Shown in pieces: positions 25,990 to 37,917 of a stretch of 64,000 nucleotides of DNA. Within the stretch, counting starts at the first letter, position 1; the number at the start of each line of letters is the position of its first letter. The notes under the pieces are model-generated. The model was not told the DNA's origin and did not search any database. It was given only the letters and a program-made list of their open reading frames with translations. The position numbers and the translations under genes are program-made. Source of the DNA: Selaginella moellendorffii (Eukaryota; Plantae; Lycopodiophyta); the NCBI RefSeq assembly GCF_000143415.4, contig NW_003314300.1, forward strand, positions 1,161,014 through 1,225,013, in the 5' to 3' direction.

Positions 25990-27184
25990 TTTGTATCACT
26001 TCCACATTATAGCTAGACACAGAAGATGATGTCATCAAGTGGTTCATCGTCTGCAAACCCAGCACAATCCAAATGGTACCATCCAACCTTACACTGCAAA
26101 AACCAAAGAATTAGTTCAAGCAATTATAATGAAAGCTTACCTCGGCATTGTCACAGAGAATCATTTTTCTCCCATCGTCTCTGCTACAATAAAGCATATC
26201 ATCGATCTTGGGGTTCGATCTCGGGGTTCACTGGCAACCTGTCAACAACGATCCCGTTCCCCTGGTACTCTCTGAAGAGGGCAGTCATAATGTGCTTTTG
26301 GAGTTCATAGAGATCCCACTCCACAAGAAAGTCATGCTTTGGCTCAACATTTGTAGACAACCAGCTCAACAGAAACTTCAAACAGAATTTGTCTCTATTA
26401 TCCTTGGAGCACACCTTCGGACTAAAATCAATGTCTTTGCGCCTCTTCCCAGCTTCTTTCCAGAAGCAGTTGAGTTTGACATGCAGAGCATTTGAGGTTT
26501 TTTTTTACTTGATTTTAATTCCGATCGCTAAACGGCATCTAGCCTGTTCCCATCCCTTAACCTCTGCTTTAAGTGTTTTTATATCTTCATTTTTGTACGC
26601 GACTTCGATGGCACACCTTGAGTACTCTGCATAATCAATACTCGAGAATGAAGCATTTGGTTCTTTGCGAGATCCATTTGCTAACTTGAAAGTGGTGCTG
26701 CCTGCAACAAATACCAATTCACAGAACCTTGGCACATCCTTTGCTGGAAAGTGAGTTGTGAAGAAGTTAGCCGCTTGTTCTGACACTTCTAGAACAAACC
26801 ATGAAGCTGTTGCCTCGTGCAAACTGGAAGGGTCACCAAAGAGATAAACTGTCCCAAACTCTCCTCCCTCAAGCTCGTAAAAGAATCCCAATCTCCAAGA
26901 AGTCTCCATTGAAAGAGACCAGATCTCCCAAGAGTCGTAGGACACAGTCTCTATGACAACAAAAGGCCCATGGCCAACCCCTGATGCACTTACTTCTAGG
27001 TATCTTGCAATTGCGTGCTTGAATCCTTCATTCAGTTGCTTCAATTCTTGTTTCACCTCCATTTTCTTGTCGTCTTCAAGCTTGAAGCCACCGAGAAGTT
27101 GGACAATCTGCTTTTCTTCTACCTCTGAGCTTTTCATCTTTTCTAGCGCCCTTGCTACTACATCTGACCTCACACACACGCCAT
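25990..27184 (-). pseudogene. Uma2-like nuclease-PHD gene, copy 2
   Basis: KEPNASF, AIEVAYKNE..L..EVKGW; in-frame TAA at 26505-26507; PHD lost Cys residues by deletions; same intron retained. Confidence 0.7.
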
Positions 27185-27311
27185 TTCCCACTGCCCAAGA
27201 ACTCTTCAAACCCTAATGTGCCACCTTAACCCTAATCTGTGATGACTTGTCGCTACTAATATGGTTTGTATACATGTACGAATTAATATTGAGAATATCA
27301 ACGCCATTCCG

Positions 27312-28824
27312 TCAACGGAGAAGATTGGGAAAAGCAAACAGGAGGATCCACAAGACTAGCCTACTCTTTTCGAATCTAATGCTTCGCAAAGCCCCTGATT
27401 TCTCTCCATCTTTTGGTCCAGGAAATGGTGGAGGTACACTTTCCCGATCAAGCGTCTGGGAGGCTGTGCAACAAGAACGAAAATCACATCGAATGTATAA
27501 ACAAAGCAAGAAAGAACTTGCCTGTGGTGGTGAGCACCGCGCCGCTATCAAAACTTGCCGTCCAGAAGAAAAACCCACGCATCTCTTTGCTCTTGAGAAA
27601 CTCCACCTTCTTCTCGATCGATGCCTGGTTATCAAATCCCACCCACAAATCCCCAGCAAACGCGTACGCGCTGCTCGTCTCGCTATCGTCTACCACTGTC
27701 GCGTTCTTCGACCGGATGAACTCCTGGATCTCGCTGTAGAACAGGACCCCCGTCTCGGCACTTCCACCCGGCATCGCCGGCCCGGGCCCCCGCGCAGCAG
27801 CACCGACGCCGTGATCCAGCGACGAGTTTGCCAGCAGCCACGATCGCCCATACGCGGCCAAGCCCATCACCGCCTTGTGAGGAGGAAGCCCGCCATCCAG
27901 CCACGATTGGATGCCATAGCTGGAGCTTAGATTTGACGAGAGATCTGTGAGAGCCGAGTGCTCGCCGGTGAGAGATGGCTCCCAGGTGCCGTGGTAGTCG
28001 TAGCACATGATGTTCGCCCAGTCGAGTGTTCTAGCCATGGTTTGTACTGGGTACTCGTAGCGCATGCCCGGAATCGAAGGGTCCCTGGCCATGTTGCTGT
28101 AGTACACCGCTGCAGTGAGTAACAGTCGGCTGCGATACGTCGACTGCGCCTCGGAATCGATTTGTTGGCGGAGCTCGGAGAAGAGCGAAGCTATGTTGGT
28201 CATGTCGGCTGCCGAGTGAGGGAATTCCCAGTCCACGTCGATGCCATCAAACCTGGAAAGCGATCACACAAAGTCAGATCTATTGTTCCAAGAACTACGG
28301 AAGATAGTGTTAACTTACCCGTAAGTTCGTGCCAAGGAGATGCTACTCCGCACGAATTCGCCCCTGCTGGAACTGCTGCTCGCCATCTGCGAGAAGACCG
28401 TCGTGTTGGCCCCGGCGCCACCTATCGAGACGAGGGTCTTGATGAGCGGATTCTTGCTCTTGGCCAGGCTCGTAAACTCTCGCGCGACATCCATCGTCTC
28501 CACCGGGATTTCCACCCGGAAAGTTGTGCTGTTGACGTTCGCGAACGCGAAGCAGAGGTGCGTGTACACGTCTGTGCTGAGATCCGATGCTGGGAACATC
28601 TGCGAGGCGTAGGATGGCCAGTAACCAACCTTGACTTTGTCCCATTTCTCATCTCCAGGTGGTGAGCTCCGCGGTGCTCTCGCTGGTGCTCCTACGGGTG
28701 CTCCTACGGGTGCTACCGCGGGTGCTCTCGCAGGTGCTTGTTGAGCTTCCGCTAAACCGGGATCAAAACGAAAGAATGCGACGCTCAGAACTGCAAAACA
28801 TATTACAAGCGAGTTGATCATCAT
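27312..28824 (-). CDS. GH18 (class V) chitinase with Ala/Pro-rich N-terminal linker and hydrophobic C-terminal tail, 3 exons
   Basis: Signal peptide, YTHLCFAFA, SIGGAG, FDGIDVDWEFP (DxDxE), IMCYDYHG, GFFFW. Exons 28824-28319, 28252-27522 (GC donor), 27463-27312. Confidence 0.93.
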
Positions 28825-29089
28825 CTTGATCCGCGTTTGGAAAGAATGGACAACAGAAAGTCACACTTATGCTGTTTACCTCGTGGGGACCAGGATGAAG
28901 ACGAACACAGGGGTTCCCGATGGCCTGCCGGTTTGTCACTAGGAGACAATAACTAGAATCCAAAAGACAACGCCGCAGCAACAGTAGGAAGTTCTTAATA
29001 AGAAATCGAAACTCAAAACAGTTGTTACTCGTCTGTAGCTGATACCTTTTCTGAAACAACAAATTGTCTTCCAATTTGGAGAGGAGACT

Positions 29090-31109
29090 TCAATCTTCTG
29101 TCAAAACTATTTGTACCTGTGACAAAGAACAGAAAAGCTTAGCTATCGCACTGTGCTTGATTGAAGAACGCTCACCTTCTTTTTTCTGGCCATGGAATTT
29201 TTACTTTCAAGTTGAACGTCTTGAAGACCTTTCATAGGTCTGATCCGAGAGTAGCGCTTGAGTTTTAGAGTCTCAAACCACATCCCCCAGAAAGTCACTG
29301 ACCATCCCTGGAAACAAACACAGACAAAAAGCTAAAGCCAAAAGAAAGAACAGGCAAGAGAAAGAACAGACCTCGTCAAAGAGATCCACCACAGCTTCCA
29401 AGCACTTCTTCGTGATGTCGCTCGAGAAGGCCTTCATCGGTCCGGATATGTGAAGAGTGCCGTCCTCCCTCACCTGCGAGTAAGGCTCCGTTATCTCGTC
29501 GCCCCTCAAGCACCAGAAGACGATCGCGAACGCCCTCTTCACCTTCGCGATCACGGCGTTCTCAATGTCGGGCACGGACGCTCCGCGAGCAAAGGCAATG
29601 TCCTGCGCTGAGATCTGCCAGCGAAACGAGACCTGGGCCTCCACCATCATCTCGTCTCTCGAGCACGCAACCAGGTCGGACGCAGTCGTCTTGCGGATCT
29701 TGAGCGACTCGAATCCAGCGAAAACTTCCACCTTGGATATGTCAATCAAATGCCTACACGCATCTGTCACAAACGTAAGACTAGAAACTGGAAAGAACAC
29801 ACAGACGAACGAACCTGCCGGCGTAGAGCAAGTGTGGCTTGCGGTTGCAGTACTTGATGCCAACCTCGTCTTCTCTCACGGTGACCACTCGGTACGGCCC
29901 CAGCGCCACCTCTTTGTGAGAAGAATCCCGGTCATCGGCAGTGGTATACGCAAAGGACGAGCAGGAAAGTACGTGAACTCCGGGTTCCAACACCTTGGCT
30001 TGTCCGTCAATCCATGCCACTCCAAGCTTTCCTTCCAGGATGGAAACTCTGTGGAGATAGCCGTGATGGAGGACTCTGGTGCTCTCCAACGCGAGCTCTT
30101 GGAGCGAGAACGAGGACGTCGCTGGAAAGGTGTACGACTTGGACGTTAGCAGCAGGGGCTCGGTGTCGAGCCAGGCGAGGCCGATCATCCCAGGAGGAAC
30201 GTGAACCGAGAGCTCGTCCGAGGAAGAGAGCTTGAAAGATCTTAATGGCGTAGCTCCGGATCTTCTACCACCGTTGCTCACACAGCAAGGGCCCGGGGTG
30301 GCGGGTGTAGCAGTAGTGGCAGCCAGTGACTCTCTCTTCGAGAACGAGGAAGAATGTTCTGGGTGGTGCTGCCGCAGTGGAGAAAGCGTGGATTTCTTCG
30401 CGCAGCAATTGGACGAGTTGGAATTCGTCGAGGCAGTGGTGTCTTGCGAGAGTTTCCGAGAGTGACCACCAGGACTTTTTGGAGATCCAGTGGAATGGTG
30501 GCAGCAATTCGCTGGCCTGTGACAGCACCCACGGCAAGCCAGCCATCCAGACATCCTCGCCACCATCCTCCAGTTGTGGACGCCCTTCCTCACCACGTCG
30601 AGAACATCGCAGTGGCGATCAATGTCGTCGCAAGTCCCAATGAGCTGCCCCAAAATTCCATGGCCGTGGCGCGCAGACTCGGCCCTGGCGGGCAAAGATC
30701 TGTCCTCCCCCTCCTCCTTGCGCGAGGGCGAGCCATTGCTCGACGGAGACGCAGATTTCTCCTCGCCGGAGCCTCGATCCGGCCCGGGACTGTCCCCGCT
30801 CGCTGCCTCCTCTTGCAAATTACATCCGGTTTCCACTAGTTCTACGATCTCCGAAATGGAGCTAGAGCTAGTCGAATCGACCTCCCAGCATTTCGTTACC
30901 TCCGGCATGGGGAGCTCCAGAACCTCTTGCTGCTGCGAATCTCCTCGATCCACCACGTCGAAGCTGAAACCAGATCCGGCGCTGCAGAGACGCAGTGGCA
31001 TCGGATGCAAATCCGCGCTCGGCGCGCAGGGAAACGAGAATGTAGGTGATGCATCGCACTCGGAGGAAGAATCTGGCAGCGCCTGCAGAGGATCATCCTC
31101 GAGCGCCAT
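29090..31109 (-). CDS. SPFH/band-7 domain protein with repeated N-terminal beta units (vacuolin-like) and long Ser-rich N-terminus
   Basis: Repeats HHGYLHRVSILEGKLGVAWIDGQAKVLEPGVH and LGPYRVVTVREDEVGIKYCNRKPHLLYAGRH; SRDEMMVEAQVSFRWQI...DIENAV...; GWSVTFWGMWFETLKL; GT-AG introns keep the frame to stop at 29090. Start could be 31211. Confidence 0.65.
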
Positions 31110-31318
31110 CGACGAAACGAAGAACCCTAAAATCTCACTATCCCGAGATCGGGCGGTCAAAAGACCTGACAGCAAGGCCATCGGTGTCTGGCCAGTGACA
31201 CCGCGGCACATCAGCCTTTCCAGTCCGCCACGTCCCCAAAAGATTCATAGACCACGTGGCACCATCTGGGTCGGACAAGCTTCATTACTACGGCAAAAAT
31301 CTCAGCCGTTGGCTCAAC

Positions 31319-32335
31319 TCAAACACAAAGCTTGGCATCCATCATTGCGCTGGACACGATTCCCTCGAGATTTTCCTTCTTCATAAGGCGCTCGTCCCGT
31401 ACCTGCCAAAATAAGCGATAAAAATGGCGTGGCTTGATAGCTATAGCGCTAACCTTGGCCATGCACGTGGTGAAGATTTGGCCCTGGAAGGTGTTGACGC
31501 TAGCGCCCAGCACCTCCAAATCTAGCGACTCTAGGGCGCCAACGATGTCCGCTAGTACGGTCGGGCAGCACCGGAATCGAACCAGGCACATCCTGTTACA
31601 TTCGTCCAGTTTCTCCACGTCTATCTGTGTGTGATCACGACACTTTTAAATGCGATGATAAGGGCATCGTCTTTGATGCCGAAGAGATTCTCTTGTTCTC
31701 TTACCTGGAGGCTCGCTAGTTTGTGATCTCGCCGATCGCCGCTGTGATGATCGTCCTCGAGCGATGGCGAGGGCGACGCCGGGGACGCGGTCGTCAGCGA
31801 TGAATTGGGGGAGCGGTGATCCTCTTCGATGGCACTGATCTCTCTCCGCATCGCCGAGACCTGCGATTTGAGCTCCTCGACATAGCCGATGGCGTCGGCC
31901 ATGATGGATGCCTTATCCATCTGTAAGAAATCCCCAAAGATCGTCATTCCATCCATCAATCAATCGAGAGAGAGAGAAAGAGAGGATAGAAATGTAAGAG
32001 ATTTCCCTCACCTTTGTGATCTTTGGGACGAGAGCGCGAAGCGAGTAGAGCTTCTCGTTGAGCTTCTGCCGGCGCTTGCGCTCCGAGAGGAGATTCTTGG
32101 AGAACTTCCTCTTGTTCCTCGAGGAACCGCGGCTGTCGTGCGTCGTCTCGTCATCGCTCAGGCTCTGCTCGAACATCTCCGGGGATCCCGCATTGGCCTC
32201 GCCGCCGCGATCGCCCTTCTCCACTTCCGCCCCCGGATTGCTCATCTGATCCTCAAACATTTGCTCCAGCAGCTGATCCGAGGAACCCGACTCCACATCG
32301 AACAGATCGAGGTCATAAGATTCCAGCGAGCTCAT
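31319..32335 (-). CDS. bHLH transcription factor with C-terminal ACT-like domain (FIT/AMS/DYT1-like, subfamily III)
   Basis: SKNLLSERKRRQKLNEKLYSLRALVPKITK/MDKASIMADAIGYVEELK; VLADIVGALESLDLEVLGASV. Confidence 0.92.
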
Positions 32336-32845
32336 TAGCCACAAGAAAAGAAGAAATCCACTGGAAGGACCTCCTACCTTGCAGAGCAGCACCCAAAAAC
32401 CCTAGAGCCGAGGAGGAAAAAAGAAAAACCCACCCTGCATTACGGCATATCCTCGCGGAATTTCTCCCATTCTTTTTTTCATTTTCTTAACTGCAAAGTT
32501 GACTATGTGGCCAATAGCGTTTAAATGTCGACAATACAACTGTACAATTTTACATGCGCCATCCCCATGCACCACACTGCCTTTAAAAAAGGTGGTACAA
32601 ACTAGGCGACAAAAAAGTGTGAATCACGTTCTTTCAACACTAAATTTAGTCAAATTTTGCCACACTAGCCCTTTTCGTTGACCTGATCGACCCCACATGG
32701 AAATAGATTTTTGCCGGTTTAGGGTTTAGGGTGAACAGTGGCAATGGATCATCACCATCATTCTCACCAAAGAAAAGCGTTCAAAATCATTCACACCATA
32801 GTAAGTTAGTTACATGGCAATAATTTTTCCCCCTCCTATGAAACC

Positions 32846-33172
32846 ATGAACAATCCCCAAAAACACCACAGCACTGTTTGTCATCACAAGGCAATCAAGG
32901 GCGGCAGTGTCCCTGTTTACGTTGGCCATGGCAACACGGAGCACTTCCTCGTCAAGCTCAAGCACATCAATCACCCCCTATTTCGAAAGCTCCTGGAGCT
33001 GACCGAGGAAGAGCTGGGCTTTTGCGACAACTGCCGCCTCGTCGTTCCCTGCGACACTCACGTCTTCCAGAGTGTTATCGCTCGCATCGATGCCGAGGAG
33101 AGCGGGAGAAAGCTGCGGCCCGCTGAGGAGGAACTCCTCGGCCTCTTTGATGCCATCCCCGGCTCCTCGTAA
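32846..33172 (+). CDS. SAUR: Small auxin-up RNA family protein
   Basis: KGGSVPVYVG..HFLVKLKHINHPLFRKLLELTEEELGF...LVVPCD..F; intronless. Confidence 0.92.
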   Translation: MNNPQKHHSTVCHHKAIKGGSVPVYVGHGNTEHFLVKLKHINHPLFRKLLELTEEELGFCDNCRLVVPCDTHVFQSVIARIDAEESGRKLRPAEEELLGLFDAIPGSS

Positions 33173-33296
33173 TTAGCTCGTTGGAGTAACGCTTCTGGAA
33201 CTTGAAAGGCTCGTTCTCCTGTGTTGTCACTGATGGGAGAACGATGAAAAGAAAGTAGAATGCAAATAGACTTACTTGTCTTGTATAAACATAAGA

Positions 33297-35939
33297 TTAG
33301 TCTTGTGTGTGCCGTGTTGTATTTTTGTTATACTTCTTAAAAGCCAGAGCTTGAGTGGCAGCAGGGTTCAAAGGGCTCCCTGCGTTGGAGCTTGATCGGC
33401 TGCTGTGTTGAGTTCTGCTGAAACTCTTTAGTACGCTTGAAGCACTGCTGCTCCTACTGCTGCTACTGTCTTGGGAGAGATCTCCTATCAATAGAATACT
33501 AACTGGAGAACCATTGAGAAGTCCACTGCTGCTAGAGCTTAAGCTTGTGTCTGAGAGCGAGTCTCCTTCCAAAAGACGAAGAACCTGGTGAAAAAGACAC
33601 GTCAAGCTGTGAAGCACACAGCATGTAAAGATCTGACCTGAGACATTCGAGGACGAATCAAAGGATCGGGGTCAATACAAAGAGTGGCCGCAAGGAGCAT
33701 GTTTTCCACCTCGTTTACACAAAATCTTCCCCGAAGCCGCTGATCAATCAGTTTCTCATACTTCTGCTCTCGAAGAAATGGTCGTGCCTGCATTCAACAA
33801 GATTAGATGCAGCAAACTTCATTGCTTATGGACTTACCCATTCCGACAAGCACATCTCTCCTTTGTTGCGAGATAAATCCACAGCCTTCCGACCACTTAC
33901 AAGCTCCAGGAGCACGATGCCAAAAGAGTACACATCGGCTTTCTCTGTGATTTGTCCTGTTTGAGTATACTCAGGTGCCAAGTACCTACAGCTCCAGTGT
34001 CACCAAGGAAAAAAAACACAGCAAGAGTTACCCAAAAGCGCCAATGACTCTTGTCTCTACTCCGAGTTCTCCATTGGGTTGCCATCTTGCAAGTCCAAAA
34101 TCTCCCACCTGATGCTCAGACAAGTGAGCCGGACTATCATATCGAATAGAAATTAAAACAAGAACTTACCATTGGCTCGAAGTCGTGAGTTAACAGAATG
34201 TTGTTTGGTCGCATGTCACGATGAACAATACACCCCACTCGGCACTCTTCATGTAAGTACCTCAAAGCTCGCGCGGCACCTAGCGCGATTTTCTGGCGAG
34301 CCGGCCATTCCAGAGTCACTGTTTTAGACCGCCTGCCATACAGGTGCGAATCCAGTGAGCCATTGCAAACGAACTCGTAAACGAGCAGCCTCTTCTTGTC
34401 TTCAGCGCAGTAGCCGATCAGCATCACCAAGTTTCGCTGCTGAGCACAGCTGAGAACTTCGACTTCCGCGCAGAATTCTTTGTCGCCCTGTGTGCTAGCC
34501 AGCTTATGCTGTTTGACAGCAACGGCTTGGCCATCAGGGAGCCTGCCCCTGTAAACTGAACCGTATCCACCTTCTGCGAGAAAGTTCACGTCCGAAAAGC
34601 CACCGGTTGCAAGTTGCAGCTCTGCGAAAGTGAATTTCCTGGGCGGCTTGCCGAAGACAGGCGTTTTGTGCTGGCAAATGGAGCATAAAGGAGGAGGCTG
34701 CGGAGACGACTGCTTTCTCAGATGGATCTGCTTTCGGACGCTGGACACTCGATCTACTGGCCTCGATACGTTTCTTTGCGTATCCGTTTCCTCGGTATAC
34801 TCCCGGCTTTCCTTCATTCGCAAGAAGTCATTAAGAACTTGTGGCTTATGGCTAGCTGGTGATGAAGTTGTGCTGTTTAGCACTTCTGATGGCGATGGAC
34901 CTGCAAAGCAATGGTTAAAACGGAATAAGAGCGAGCGAGCGTCCTACCTTTTCTACGGGTTTCATTTTTCAGCAACTCTTCTAAAACTGAAAGCTCGAAT
35001 TTCGGTGCCGTCACAAGTCGTGAATCCGGGCTACTGGCCTCTGAGCTGGATGTCGAGCTCTCCCAGTACAGCTGATCGAAGCCCTTGGGCATCACAGACA
35101 AGCTCAGTCCATTCAGAAGAACGGATGACGAGTCGATGGATTCTTCTTCATCGTACGGCAAATCACGTCTTTTGAGATTCAGCCTCAGGATTTTTGGATT
35201 GCTGCGATGCACAACGACGATATTGCTGTTAAGCTCTTGCAGGCAAAGTTTACCCTCGCTCTTTAGATTCCTGGCGTGAAAAGGACTGTCACAGTAAACA
35301 CCATCATACTTCCAACTTAGAAGACGTACCTATCAAGCACCACCCAAGTTGCCCGGAATCTCTTGGCCTCCGATGGAATGACTCCTCTACGAGCAAACTG
35401 GAGGATTTCTAGTGTCGTATGCACCTATGCTCGCGAGATAGAATCTATAACTTAGCTCGACCACACCGAAATATAAAAAACAAGCTTACCTTTTTAAGAT
35501 CGTGGATTTTTCGGAGCTTCTCCATCACCATAGAGCATTTGTTCCGAATTTCTTCGAGCTCTTCCTTCCTAGTGGCTTTGAGCGACGCAGCCGCTGCTGC
35601 TGCGCATTCTCCACCAAGCGCAGGAAATCCCCAGCTCTTCCAAACTGGAAAGCATCGAATGAAACTTTAAATCTAAGCGTATGGACGACTGTTACCAGAA
35701 TCTGAGGAGTTGCTAGTGCTGCTGGCGGGCGCAATCGCCTGGAACACGATCCTATCGCCTGGATGAACCACGACATTTGCTAGAGCCCAGTTTAGAGCAT
35801 AGTCGGTCATCTTCTTGCTCGCGTCAACCGCGACGAGCACGACTTCTCGCTGAGACTCTTCGTCTGAGCTTTCCTGTGAAGCACTGGTCACATCCATGAC
35901 CTTGACTCGATTTAGCGGAAGGAGCTGAAATCTCTCCAT
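33297..35939 (-). CDS. USP-like domain + receptor-like cytoplasmic protein kinase
   Basis: [15 protein letters not shown] (USP-like), [57 protein letters not shown]; multi-exon. Confidence 0.93.
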
Positions 35940-36695
35940 TGCTCCAGCCGTGACAAGAAGAAGAAGAGGAAAGGAGGATGCAAAGACTGGATCTTCACTG
36001 GAGCCCGGAATGCATGCGAGAGATCACAAAGCCCTAAGGGATCGATGCAAGGCATCTCTCATCCAGCTGCCGATCGACCGCTGCGAAATCGAAATGCCGC
36101 CGATCGATCCCGAAATATTTCGCGCACAATCCCCTAGAACCAGGAGCCGATCGATGTGCGATCGATCGGGCGGGCCAAGAACCGATAGCAATGCGATGGA
36201 TCGATCGAGGAAGATGCCGGCGCCTCCTTTCTCCCCAATGCTTGCCCTCGCCACAACAAAGGAAGAGCGCAAAAGAAAAACCAAAAAGCTTGTCGTTTGA
36301 GCTATAGCTGTGCCGGCCCGCGCGATTGGGCACACGCGGTCAAGCGCACGGTTTGAGTGAAAGAGAAAACCTCGCGGCGCCAAACGCGCGCTAAATCATG
36401 CGTCGCCATCGCCGGCCGTGCCGTGCGGCACGACCCAATGGCACTGCCGGCACCGAGCGCCACCGCGCGGTATGCCACCCGTTAAGCGTAGCGTCAAAGC
36501 ACAGCAAACTGTTAGGTGGTCAATCACTCTCTGCCGATGACGAAAGTAACAACAAATTTCCTTGACAAATTCACACTGCTTTGTCCGATTTCCATGAACA
36601 GTTCTTCCGGGAAGAACTTTCCATCGAGAAACTTCTCTCATCACACGACTCAAGAGCTTATTCGCTGGAACGCGATGATCCATCGCCCACAAGAT

Positions 36696-37007
36696 TTAAT
36701 GGATTGTGCCCACTCTCACTTTCCACTCCTCGGCACTCCTCTCTTGCTCTTCCCGCAAGATGGGATTAGTCCTCAATTGCTCCTCTCTCATTCGCTTCTT
36801 CTCTTGCCGGAGCTGCCTCGCCTTCTCGATCTGTTCTTCCTGGAGAAGACCCACAAGAAAAATTTCTCTTGGGCGATCCAAATTTCACTCGCTTACCCTC
36901 GTGTACTTCAATTCCCTGACCCAATCTTTGTGGGCGATGTAGTAAGTGAGCGCAAAGTATGTGCCAATCGTGAGCCCAGCATACTGGTACAGCCTGATCA
37001 TCACCAT
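36696..37007 (-). CDS. Small (~84 aa) single-pass membrane protein, 2 exons, unknown function
   Basis: MVMIRLYQYAGLTIGTYFALTYYIAHKDWVRELKYTR|gtaagc..ag|EEQIEKARQLRQEKKRMREEQLRTNP...; phase-0 intron 36840-36896; telobox-like motifs upstream. Confidence 0.6.
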
Positions 37008-37079
37008 CTTGCCCAAGCGCGAGAGAAATCGAAGAACCCTAAAATTTCCTGCCCCACAAAACTTAGGGTTCTTGGGCGA

Positions 37080-37917
37080 CTATTTGGACAAGTCGAGCTT
37101 GCTTCTCTTTCCCTTGCTCGATTCGCCGCCTTCGGATTGTGATCGTTTCTTGGACAAAGATTTGCTGCGCTTGCTAGATTCTCTGGTGATCCCGCTCCTT
37201 TCCTGATCGGATACAGCACCCACAGACGCGATCTCTGCTCGAAAGTGTTCGTGACATCTTCGTTCTGGGAGAAAAAATCTCGTACCTTCCGCGGGATTTG
37301 GAGCAGCATCCACGTTCTCGGCAGCAACAGGATGAGCAATTGTCGGCTCGACGCTCCTCACAATGCTCACTTCCACCGGCACTGGCCTCACTAAAATCCA
37401 TAGCAAAAGCTTTAGAAACTCAAAAGAAACTCTGCGAGATCTATCTCACCTTCGATCTTGTCTTGAGTTGGAACATAGGCGTACTTGCTGCTCCCTTGAA
37501 TGTCGTGTCTTTGAAAGCTATACTTCACTCCTGCCGATGATCCGCGAGAACTTCTCATCAAGAACAAAGAAAAACTATGAATTTCTATCTACCATTGCAT
37601 ACCAAATGCCCCATATTGCCATCGGCGGCCTCGAGCTTCAATCTCCAGCTCGTATTCGACAGCTCCTCGAGATCTAGCTGCCACGAAACAATCAGACCTC
37701 ACTCACGCATTCGCGATTTCGACTCACATCGGGGAGCCGGAGCAGCCACAGCTCCTTGTTAGGATCCAAGGCCTCGTCCAGCAGCGGCTGCATTGCCTCC
37801 ACGCGCTGGAACGACCGCGGCGCCTCGTAGCTGCAAGACAAGTGGCCGAATCAATCGCGAGTGAGAGCCAAAGATCAACACTCACGGCGCCGGCGCAGTG
37901 TCCATAGCTCTTTCCAT
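37080..37917 (-). CDS. RPA34-like / Mediator-associated protein 2-like, multi-exon
   Basis: YEAPRSFQ..., KELWLLRLP motif, Lys/Ser-rich C-terminus; short exons join in frame through GT-AG introns. Confidence 0.6.

Larger units (their letters stand above)
21017..28513. repeat. ~3.7 kb direct tandem duplication (unit 1 ~21017-24727; unit 2 ~24726-28513)
   Basis: VPS26 5' part, nuclease-PHD gene and chitinase 3' part each occur twice in the same order; junction at ~24727. Confidence 0.95.
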
